DNA of 64,000 nucleotides from positions 1,022,936 through 1,086,935 of the forward strand of contig CAWBCJ010000029.1 of the NCBI GenBank assembly GCA_963787255.1, read 5' to 3'. Made by a program: the position numbers and the translations under genes. The notes below the pieces were generated by a model that ran no database searches, was not told where the DNA came from, and saw only the letters and a list, made by a program, of their open reading frames with translations. How positions within the stretch are numbered: the first letter of the stretch is position 1; each line of letters starts with the position of its first letter. This stretch comes from Methanobacteriota archaeon. Its GTDB lineage: Archaea; Methanobacteriota; Methanobacteria; Methanobacteriales; Methanobacteriaceae. Of the stretch, positions 34,154 to 42,580 are shown piece after piece.

Positions 34154-34267
34154 ATTAATGTTAAAAAAGTTATTATAGTGTGAAAATACATACAAAATAC
34201 TAGATTCCATGGAATTTTAGCATTTCTGATGTTAAATAATGGAACTGTTTAAAAAGGGGGTATTAAA

Positions 34268-35131
34268 ATGTCTCAAGAGGATACTAAAAAAAATAATGGT
34301 TTTGGTATATCTATATTAACGTTTTTAATGTTAATTGCAGTTATATCTTTAGTATTAGGAAATATTTATATATTTAAATTGCCAACAGAATGGAATTGGC
34401 TCATAATTCTCGTTATTATGGCTGTATTTTTTGCTATTTTAGGAAACCAAATTAAAAAACGATGGACAGGAATTTTCATCGATGAAAGAAACCAAATGAG
34501 CCTTTCAAGGTTTCAGCTAGTGATATGGACAGTAATTATTTTATCTGCATTCTTTGCAATTGCATTATCTCGAATTTTGACGCTACCCAGTGGTGATTTA
34601 ACTCTGGCATTAGATATTGGAGTGCCAGAGCAACTTTGGGCACTATTAGGTATTAGTGCTATTTCACTTGTCGGATCTCCTTTAATATTAAGTAGAAAGA
34701 AATTACTTTATCCTGATGAAGAAAAATTGAAAACTGCCGACTTAAATGATAGGGAATATACGGAAAAATTGGAAGAAAAAGGTATGGTACCTATAGGAAC
34801 TGTAGTTAAAAGAAATGATGCTAAAGACGCTAGTTTTTATGATATTTTCACTGGGGATGAGATACTAGGTAGTGGATCTGTAGATATGGCAAAACTTCAG
34901 ATGTTCTTCTTTACTATACTAACTGCAGTCATTTATAGTGTGCTTTTACTTGACCTAATGACGTCAACTACTGTTATTAATGATTTTCCAATATTATCTA
35001 GTGGATTTATTGCTCTTTTAGCAATTAGTCATGGGGGTTACTTAACTGAAAAGTCAATTTCATCAACACCAACAACTATAGAGCCACCAAAAACTGAAAA
35101 TCCACCCTCTTCAACACCAAAAGAACCATAA
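34268..35131 (+). CDS. Membrane protein with two internally similar modules
   Basis: SLSRFQLVIWT..LWALLGIS..GS and DMAKLQMFFFT..FIALLAISHGGY halves; Pro/Thr-rich tail. Confidence 0.8.
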   Translation: MSQEDTKKNNGFGISILTFLMLIAVISLVLGNIYIFKLPTEWNWLIILVIMAVFFAILGNQIKKRWTGIFIDERNQMSLSRFQLVIWTVIILSAFFAIALSRILTLPSGDLTLALDIGVPEQLWALLGISAISLVGSPLILSRKKLLYPDEEKLKTADLNDREYTEKLEEKGMVPIGTVVKRNDAKDASFYDIFTGDEILGSGSVDMAKLQMFFFTILTAVIYSVLLLDLMTSTTVINDFPILSSGFIALLAISHGGYLTEKSISSTPTTIEPPKTENPPSSTPKEP

Positions 35132-35204
35132 AAATAGATAATTTTCGTTTTTCTCTACTATTTTTTTTACATATTATCTTTTACTTTTTTCTTATTTATG
35201 AATT

Positions 35205-35515
35205 AGCTCTAAAAAAATTAATGAAATTCCATGTTTGCACCTTCAAGTATAAAAAAACCCTGAAATAGAAGGTCGCGGATATGTCATTAAATAACGGAGA
35301 TTAGCTTTATGGGAATTTTAAGATAGTCAAAGCTTGGAGGAAAGATGGATAATGGCTGTAAATTTAGGGAATGATTCCCATAAAACCGATGATGTTTATG
35401 GATAAAATCACAGGAGCCTTATGGCGAAAATAGAATTCCTGAAAAGTGGATGGGGGATAGATTAGTTCAAAATGAATTGATAAGGTCATTTACAGATAAA
35501 TTAATAAATAAATAA
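35205..35515 (+). pseudogene. Decayed ADP-ribosylglycohydrolase (DraG/ARH family) C-terminal fragment
   Basis: Reads NPEIEGRGYVIK*RRLALWEF*DSQSLEERWIMAVNLGNDSHKTDDVYG* / ITGA / YGENRIPEKW..LVQNELIRSFTDKL, matching the family pattern GYV..ALW.F..AVNLGDDADT.GA..G..AGA.YG...IP..W. Confidence 0.75.
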
Positions 35516-35654
35516 AATTATCTGACATGAAATAGAAAAAATAAATGATTAAGAATAAAATGAGACTAAAAAAACTTAAAAATTGAACTATTGGTTTAAC
35601 ACAGGATTATTTCCTTTCATAATTCCAAAAAAGACTAGAATAAGTTGTATTTAT

Positions 35655-36722
35655 ATGAATCCATCAAAAATCATTAACTTAAGGCTTTATAATCAGCAGT
35701 TAGAGCATTCAAGACCCAAAAAGCCAAGTGAAGTAGTGGAATGGTTTGGAGCTGTACAGGCCCAGGATTATGCCGGTGCAAAATGGTCTATAGGGATCCG
35801 TTTACCCGGAAGTGCTGATAAAACTATTGAAAAAGCAATAAAAGATAAATTAATTGTTAGAACATGGTTAATGCGTGGAACACTGCATTTTGTTACTGCA
35901 TTAGATATCCACTGGATGCTTGAACTTTTGGGGCCACGTATTATTGCAAAAAATGCTCGACGATACCGAGAACTTGGACTTGATGAAAATACTCTTTCTA
36001 GAAGTAATATGGTACTCGAAAATGCTTTAAAAGATAATAAATACTTAAAACGTACGGAATTACGCGCTATTCTTGAAAAAGAAGGTATTTCAACTGAGGG
36101 ACAGCGTGCAGCCTATATGTTACAGAGGGCTTCACTTGATGGCATTATTTGCCAGGGTTCTATGCATCGCAATAATCCAATATACATGTCAATGGATGAA
36201 TTAACAAATACAAAATCCATGAGTCGCGATAAAGCACTGGAAGAACTTGCTAATCGTTATTTTACAAGTCATGGTCCTGCTACGCTTCAAGATTTTGTAT
36301 GGTGGTCTGGACTTTTGTCTGCTGATGCAAAAGCCGGATTAGAAGCAGTTAAATCGCACTTTTTTCATGAATCAATGGATGGAAAAGTTTACTGGTGGTC
36401 TAAATCAATTTCCGCCTTAAAAAATAGTTCTACGAAAGTTCATCTGCTACCGGGTTTTGATGAGTATTTCGTCGGCTACAAAAATCGCAGTGCTTCACTT
36501 GATACACTGTATCCTAAAAATTTGGACCTCAAAAATCGTTTTAGCTACGCAATAATAGTAAATGGCCGGTTTATAGGTACTTGGAGGCGTACATTCAAAA
36601 AAAATACGGTCATTATTGAGCCAAAACTTTTCATGCCCCTTGAAGGGGCCCAAAAGAGTGCCCTTATTGCTGCAGCAGAGTCTTATGGTGATTTTATGGA
36701 TATGCCTATTTATCTTAAATAA
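35655..36722 (+). CDS. HTH_42 (AlkZ/YcaQ-like) DNA glycosylase
   Basis: GAVQAQD (QxQ), RTWLMRGTLH, RYFTSHGPATLQDFVWWSGL, LLPGFDEY, NGRFIGTWRR. Confidence 0.88.
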   Translation: MNPSKIINLRLYNQQLEHSRPKKPSEVVEWFGAVQAQDYAGAKWSIGIRLPGSADKTIEKAIKDKLIVRTWLMRGTLHFVTALDIHWMLELLGPRIIAKNARRYRELGLDENTLSRSNMVLENALKDNKYLKRTELRAILEKEGISTEGQRAAYMLQRASLDGIICQGSMHRNNPIYMSMDELTNTKSMSRDKALEELANRYFTSHGPATLQDFVWWSGLLSADAKAGLEAVKSHFFHESMDGKVYWWSKSISALKNSSTKVHLLPGFDEYFVGYKNRSASLDTLYPKNLDLKNRFSYAIIVNGRFIGTWRRTFKKNTVIIEPKLFMPLEGAQKSALIAAAESYGDFMDMPIYLK

Positions 36723-36745
36723 AAAAAAATAGGGGTAATATTATC

Positions 36746-37140
36746 ATGAAAAAAAATAATAAAAAAGATTTATAAAATCGATGCTCCAATAAAAAAAGGT
36801 CTGGAGAGCTCTAGTTGATACAGAAATCATTGATAAATGGGGTGGCGGATCCAGCAAGATGAATGCAGAAATCGGAACCGAATTTAGTCTTTGGAATGGG
36901 GGATATTCATGGAAAAAAAACGTTGAAGTAGTGTCTGAAAAGAAACTAGTACAAGAGTGGTTCGCTGGGGACTGGGCCGAACCTTCAATAGTTACTTTTA
37001 CCCTTAAAACTGAAGGTAATAAGACTGTTCTTGAACTCGAGCATGTTGATGTTCCTGCTGATGAGTTTGAAGATATTGATCAAGGTTGGAATGACTATTA
37101 TATTGGTCCAATGAAAGAATTTCTAGAAAAATTGGCCTGA
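36746..37140 (+). CDS. SRPBCC/AHSA1 domain protein, frameshifted in homopolymers
   Basis: RBS GGGG, ATG 36746. Removing extra A/G in runs gives MKKIIKKIYKIDAPIKKVWRALVD..KW..FSLWNGDIHGKNVEV..KKLVQEW..GWNDYY. Confidence 0.75.
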
Positions 37141-37466
37141 AATGAAACTGTTTTGTTATTTTAATATAGTTTTATAGATTATGGGTGCCTTTATAAGCAT
37201 CAAAGTTCAATATAATATTACGAGATTATTGTTAAAAAGTGTTATATATAATTTAATTAGCAAAATAAACAACTAAGAACAATTATAATAAGCATGTTTA
37301 TGCTTAAGTTATTCATAATATTATACACTTAGGAGTGTTTATAATTCGATCTTAAACTATAATTACTAATTCATTTTTTTAATCCGCTTTTTTAAAATAA
37401 AAAAAAGATAATATATAATGTTGGAGTTGATTTTTTACGTTTGAAATTACAAATTATACACCGGTA

Positions 37467-38027
37467 ATGACCACTGTTTTAGGTGTTGTTATGGGTTTAG
37501 CGTCCAGTGAGTTAAGTGGCTGGCGTAGGGATAAAAAGGCTAAAAAAAGGAAGATTAATTCCACACGCACTTTGATTTCCCTTGAAAATGAAAGGAATTT
37601 AGAATTGCTTAAGGATTTCTGGTATAAATTAAATAAAACAGAGGAGAATGGAATTGCAGAAGGCGATGAATTTAAGATTAATATTGCTCACCGCCTGATT
37701 AAAATGCCAATACCTTCATGGAACGATACAATGTGGAGTAAACAGGCATCACTCTTGGCAATAACATTTAAAGATAAGGAAATTATATCTGTTTCATCAT
37801 TTAATAATTGTTTAGAAATACTTAGATCTATTTATTCCAAACTTGTTGATCTAGATACAAAAGATAGAGAATATAACAGCGCATATGCTTCAAGCGGAGC
37901 TAAATTATCCTCACTTCCACGTTCTAACCGTTTTCACGAGGAAGCACCAGGTATGTGGGATGAATTTGAAGAAATTGCTGTAAACTTAATTGAAAAAGGT
38001 AATCCTTTAATTCAAAGAAAAAAATAA
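37467..38027 (+). CDS. Hypothetical protein with N-terminal membrane anchor
   Basis: 186-aa ORF; hydrophobic N-terminus then basic stop-transfer; may start at ACG 37437. Confidence 0.7.
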   Translation: MTTVLGVVMGLASSELSGWRRDKKAKKRKINSTRTLISLENERNLELLKDFWYKLNKTEENGIAEGDEFKINIAHRLIKMPIPSWNDTMWSKQASLLAITFKDKEIISVSSFNNCLEILRSIYSKLVDLDTKDREYNSAYASSGAKLSSLPRSNRFHEEAPGMWDEFEEIAVNLIEKGNPLIQRKK

Positions 38028-38042
38028 GGAGAAGAAAAAAAA

Positions 38043-38312
38043 ATGATTTCTGGAGAATTTTACAATAAATTAATGGAAATAACCAAGGTAATGGAAGAGA
38101 AAGGTGAAGGAATTAGTTACATCCGTAACGAAAGCGACACTTACACCCTGGGAACTAAGATATATAGTGAAGAAATAGCTGAATATCTAAATAAAACACT
38201 GGATAAATGGGAAGGCTGCGAAGCCAATGTTAAAAAGAGGAAGAAAAAAGGAAAAATGGTTAAAGAATCTTCTAAAAAAGTTGGTTACCTCTGGAAAATA
38301 CCAGTAGCATAA
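38043..38312 (+). CDS. Hypothetical protein
   Basis: RBS AGGAG; 89-aa ORF 15 nt after the previous gene. Confidence 0.65.
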   Translation: MISGEFYNKLMEITKVMEEKGEGISYIRNESDTYTLGTKIYSEEIAEYLNKTLDKWEGCEANVKKRKKKGKMVKESSKKVGYLWKIPVA

Positions 38313-38626
38313 AGAGTTATTTTCTAGACAGTTTATATCCAAATAAATAGGAAGTTCCTTGTATTCAATATAGTAGGATTTAATTTCTCTTTTTTTATAT
38401 TTATTTTTAACTAGTAAGCCATAATCAGATATTAGATTCATCTTTTAATAAAATATTTGCAAATATAATCCCGTAAAAAGAATTAGTTTAGAGTCTAATT
38501 TAGCGTAATATAATCTGAAAAATATTGGGTAAATTGGGTGCAATATTTTTTTTTGTTGCAAAAAATTATTATAATTATAAAAACTAAATAACCATATGTA
38601 AAAGAAATGATTTGTGGAATTAATAT

Positions 38627-38947
38627 ATGGAAGACGACCGTTTAAAGACTCTTAAGATTGTGGTGATTGCTGCTGTGGTAATCGGACTTTTAGCCGCTTT
38701 AGCTTACGCTTTGTATGGATTCACCCTGCTTTGGGCAACATTTGCTGCAGGAATTACCATAGGCCTGTTAATAATCATTATTTTAGTATTCATTGTTCTG
38801 ACCATTTATCTATGGATACGAACACTACTATTTAAAAGAGAAATTAAAAGATATGAAAATAGATTGGAACAAGCTAAGATGGAATTAATTAGATGTAGAT
38901 CAAAACTAAACCGAAAAAACATCACTGAATCGGATAATAATGATTAA
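38627..38947 (+). CDS. Two-TM membrane protein with coiled-coil tail
   Basis: Two hydrophobic segments then a charged helix. Confidence 0.7.
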   Translation: MEDDRLKTLKIVVIAAVVIGLLAALAYALYGFTLLWATFAAGITIGLLIIIILVFIVLTIYLWIRTLLFKREIKRYENRLEQAKMELIRCRSKLNRKNITESDNND

Positions 38948-38986
38948 TTTTGTTTTAAAAATTTTTACAAAGGAGTATTTATCTTT

Positions 38987-39328
38987 ATGGAACAAAATAA
39001 AGTCAAAATAACTGAAAATGACATTATGGAACTCATGGATCTCTTCACTAGTGTCCCTGTAATCTTGTTGAAGGGCGCTATTTCTAGCAATATGAATGCT
39101 GTTAAAACTTTTGAAGATCAAATAGAATCCTACAAAACCAGGCTTACACCACAAGAAATGGAAAAAATAAAGGCAGTTCTAGAAATGCCCGTACATGAAA
39201 TCCAGGCAATACTCTATAGGGCTTACGAAAAAACTGGTAAGAAGCAGTTAAAGATCCTTGCTGATCCTGACTCAGAAAGATTCATTTCTGCTAATCTTAG
39301 GGAACTTAAAAGCGTTTTATTTAATTAA
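38987..39328 (+). CDS. Hypothetical protein
   Basis: RBS AAGGAG; 113-aa ORF. Confidence 0.7.
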   Translation: MEQNKVKITENDIMELMDLFTSVPVILLKGAISSNMNAVKTFEDQIESYKTRLTPQEMEKIKAVLEMPVHEIQAILYRAYEKTGKKQLKILADPDSERFISANLRELKSVLFN

Positions 39329-39342
39329 AATGTCATTTAATT

Positions 39343-39486
39343 TTAATCCTCTTCTTGTATTTCTCTGTCGCATTCTGGACATAGATATTCTTCTACCTTA
39401 CCAGTTTCTTTGATTTTTTTGTCTTCCAATATTTCTCTTTTAAACCATTGTTCACATCTTCCACATTTCACACTTTCTACAACCAT
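39343..39486 (-). CDS. 47-aa zinc-finger microprotein (not in ORF track)
   Basis: RBS GTGA; MVVESVKCGRCEQWFKREILEDKKIKETGKVEEYLCPECDREIQEED*, two CxxC. Confidence 0.75.
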   Translation of the reverse strand: MVVESVKCGRCEQWFKREILEDKKIKETGKVEEYLCPECDREIQEED

Positions 39487-39647
39487 TTTTATCACAAGTA
39501 TTTATTTGAACTTTATCTGATTTCTATTTTTTTATAAATTATTATCATAAACATATAAAAAAAATAGAATAATTAATGAAGACTTTTATATATAAGAAAT
39601 TGCCATAAAAAAGAAAATCAGATACTATGAAAAGTCGGATGGTATAA

Positions 39648-40349
39648 ATGAGAATGAGAACTGTAATAATAATTGGTGCAGTAATTATAATAGCTGCTGC
39701 AGCTTCAATAGCATTTTTAATGCCCCAACAGTCAAATGTAGAGGTAGCTCCTGTAAATCAGACTGTGCAAAGCGCAGCAGAACTAAATACAGTTAATATA
39801 ATCGTAAAGACTGACGGTAAGGGCATAAATGTTAACGCAGCACATGTTTCGGGATCGGGACAGATTTCAGATACCATGATTAAGGAAATGAAGCAAAAAG
39901 CGAGTGCAGATGTTTTAAGCGATAAAAGTACTGCTAACAGCTTAAAATCAGATATTAAAACCATCGCACAAAAATATAACTACACTGCCGAGGTTAACTT
40001 AAATTCACAATTTGGAAATGATAAACTGCCATTTCCTGCAACTGTAAGCGGAACTTCCATGCTTCCAACCTTAAAGGACGGTCAAAATGTAATGGCGCTT
40101 AAAACTACATCATTTAAAGTTGGAGATATAGTTATAGCTCGTCATTCAACCTATGGACTCATAATTAAAAGAGTAGCATCCATTAGTGATGGAAAAGTGT
40201 TCTTAAAAAGTGATAATCGAAATGTGGAGATAATAAACCACGAAAAAACCCTTCCTGACGGTGTAGTGGAAATTGAAACAATTGAAAAGACCCCACTGGA
40301 CACATGGCAGCCCAAAAAGAATGTAATAGCAGTAGTAAAGACCTACTAA
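39648..40349 (+). CDS. S24/S26 family serine peptidase, membrane anchored
   Basis: VSGTSMLPTLKDG (Ser), GDIV..IIKRV (Lys), LKSDN; N-terminal TM. Confidence 0.88.
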   Translation: MRMRTVIIIGAVIIIAAAASIAFLMPQQSNVEVAPVNQTVQSAAELNTVNIIVKTDGKGINVNAAHVSGSGQISDTMIKEMKQKASADVLSDKSTANSLKSDIKTIAQKYNYTAEVNLNSQFGNDKLPFPATVSGTSMLPTLKDGQNVMALKTTSFKVGDIVIARHSTYGLIIKRVASISDGKVFLKSDNRNVEIINHEKTLPDGVVEIETIEKTPLDTWQPKKNVIAVVKTY

Positions 40350-40597
40350 GTGCTATTCAATCTTTTACCTTTTTTTATTTCAAAAATGATTAATAATGGT
40401 TAATATCATTGATTAATCATTTTGAAAGTATTTCAATAAATTATTAAATTAAAAAAGCATAATCAGTAACATATAAATGAATTTAGATGATTATATTCCT
40501 TTATTTTTGATCAATAAAATTAAATAATATGTAAACATACATATCTTTAATCACAATTAATTTTATTAACTTTTTAACGGAGTAAGAAGGTGATATT

Positions 40598-40963
40598 ATG
40601 GTTTTAAAAGGTTTAAATGTAGGAATTGATAGCATAATCTTTGACAAACATACTGGGGACATATTAATTAAATTCATGCCCCTTAGAATCCCATTAAAAG
40701 ATTTAAACATGCTTTCAGATGAAACAGCTCAAATTTTAGAAATTAAAAGCGAAGAAAAGCTTGAAAAATATGTTTCAAGATTCGCTGCTTATTACATAAA
40801 AAATAAGGCACACGAGCCTAAAGCCATACGTGACCGTGCAAAAGAACTAGGAATAAGCCCTAAAGAATTTGAAGAACTCGTTTGCAAGAGAGTTAAAGAA
40901 ATGGGCAACGTATCTTCTCTTGACATCGATGAAGAACCTCCAGCACGCGTTGACGGAAAATAA
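40598..40963 (+). CDS. Hypothetical protein
   Basis: RBS AGGTGA; 121 aa; first gene of a tightly spaced three-gene unit. Confidence 0.7.
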   Translation: MVLKGLNVGIDSIIFDKHTGDILIKFMPLRIPLKDLNMLSDETAQILEIKSEEKLEKYVSRFAAYYIKNKAHEPKAIRDRAKELGISPKEFEELVCKRVKEMGNVSSLDIDEEPPARVDGK

Positions 40964-40983
40964 ACAGTTCAAAGGTGATTTTA

Positions 40984-41289
40984 GTGTATGACGCAATGAT
41001 TACTAACGAAGGAAAAATAATAGCACTTAGAGACATTAAAGAAGGGGAAAAAATTAAAATTGACCTAAAAGACCTAAAGATAGCAAATGAAATTGAAAAA
41101 GGTAATTTAAAATTAGATGAAGAAGGAGAAACAGCAGTAATTAAACTACCAGAATGGCTGGCACAATCAAAGGGATTATCCAGTGAAATAGTTGGTATAA
41201 TAAAAAAAGAAACCAAAAAAGCCGTACTCGTAAAGTTAGAACAAGATGAAGTCTGGTTACCAAAATCAGAGATAGAAATCGATGTATAA
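40984..41289 (+). CDS. Hypothetical beta-rich protein (ETxKA..WLPKS / PEWLA motifs)
   Basis: RBS AGGTGA then GTG 40984; IKLPEWLAQSKGL and KETKKAVLV..EVWLPKSEI. Confidence 0.7.
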   Translation: MYDAMITNEGKIIALRDIKEGEKIKIDLKDLKIANEIEKGNLKLDEEGETAVIKLPEWLAQSKGLSSEIVGIIKKETKKAVLVKLEQDEVWLPKSEIEIDV

Positions 41290-41313
41290 ATTTTAATTAG
41301 GAGTCACAAAATT

Positions 41314-42015
41314 GTGAAGGCCATGCTCTTGAGGGTGGGAATAGATAAGGGAACTGACGGATGTCTTGCTCCACTTTTTGAGGATCTATCATTTGAATAC
41401 ATTCCCTTATCTGAAGTGGACTCCAATACTGAAGAAAAAAGGACTTATAGAGATGTTATTGGTCGTATGGGGAAACCCATGGCCACATATCTTCCTGAAA
41501 AGGTTAAAGATCGTAAAATGCATCTTGACCCTGAATTTCAAACATTTACCTATGGGGACAAAGGATCTAAAGCTAAATGGCTTAAAAAATTAAATTCTAA
41601 TGATTTTCTTGTATTTTATGCCGGATTAACACCATTTAATAATGAGTCTTATCCTGAAGCGCTTTATATAATTGGCTATTTTACTGTTGTAGAAGTTATT
41701 GACTTTGATATGATTTCTGGAAAAAAGAAGGAAGAATACAGTAAAAAATGCTTTAATAATGCTCATATAAAACGAAAGGATGATTTAGATGGTCTTGTAA
41801 TTTTAAGGGGACATGTAAATAAGAGTAAATTGTTAGAAAAAGCTATTCTTATTAGTGAACCTCGTTTAAATAAAATCGGCAGGAAATATCATGCTGTATC
41901 AAAAGAAATGGAAGATTTAATGGGGATAAGAGGTTCTATTCAACGCTCTATTCCTCCGAGAATGGTTGAAAATAGTGAAAATTTAGAAAATCTCTTAAAA
42001 TTATTAGATAAATAA
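41314..42015 (+). CDS. Nmad3-like nucleotide-modification-associated protein
   Basis: RVGIDKG..PLFED.SFEYIPLSE..HLDPEF..FTYGD..LVFYAGL..YIIGYF..NAH pattern. Confidence 0.65.
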   Translation: MKAMLLRVGIDKGTDGCLAPLFEDLSFEYIPLSEVDSNTEEKRTYRDVIGRMGKPMATYLPEKVKDRKMHLDPEFQTFTYGDKGSKAKWLKKLNSNDFLVFYAGLTPFNNESYPEALYIIGYFTVVEVIDFDMISGKKKEEYSKKCFNNAHIKRKDDLDGLVILRGHVNKSKLLEKAILISEPRLNKIGRKYHAVSKEMEDLMGIRGSIQRSIPPRMVENSENLENLLKLLDK

Positions 42016-42580
42016 AACTTTATTTGTATTTATTTTTTTTCTAAAGCATTTAATAATTAATATATTTCATAAAGTATAATGCTTTAATATACTATTATAC
42101 TTTTGATTATTTATTTTTTTGCATTTATGGGCTATTTTAAAATGTATTTTTCATTTTATTCCTTTTGTTATCTATATTTAAAGCTATTTCTATTTTTAAC
42201 ATTATTATACTTCATTTTCACAAGTTTAATAATCACTTTACAGTGTTTATAATACTAATTGACACTTTTTAGTAAATGATCACCTTTAAAACTCATAAAT
42301 AGTCTTTATATGTTTAGATTGTATTTTTCCATAGCTAATTCAGAGAAAATTAGAATTAGATTTTAGATCAAGTTTTTGTAGAAGACCCGAACAAAAAATA
42401 AGATTTTATATCTCCACTTTTATGCATTAAAATGGAAAAAAAGACTCTTTGGGGAGATATTTTAAAAAAATAAACCGCATTATTTATATATCTTAGAGAT
42501 GTATTTTTTATCTATTAAGGAATTAAATATTACAATTAATAAAATAATGATGGGGGAGTAATATAATCAGGCTTCAAAAA

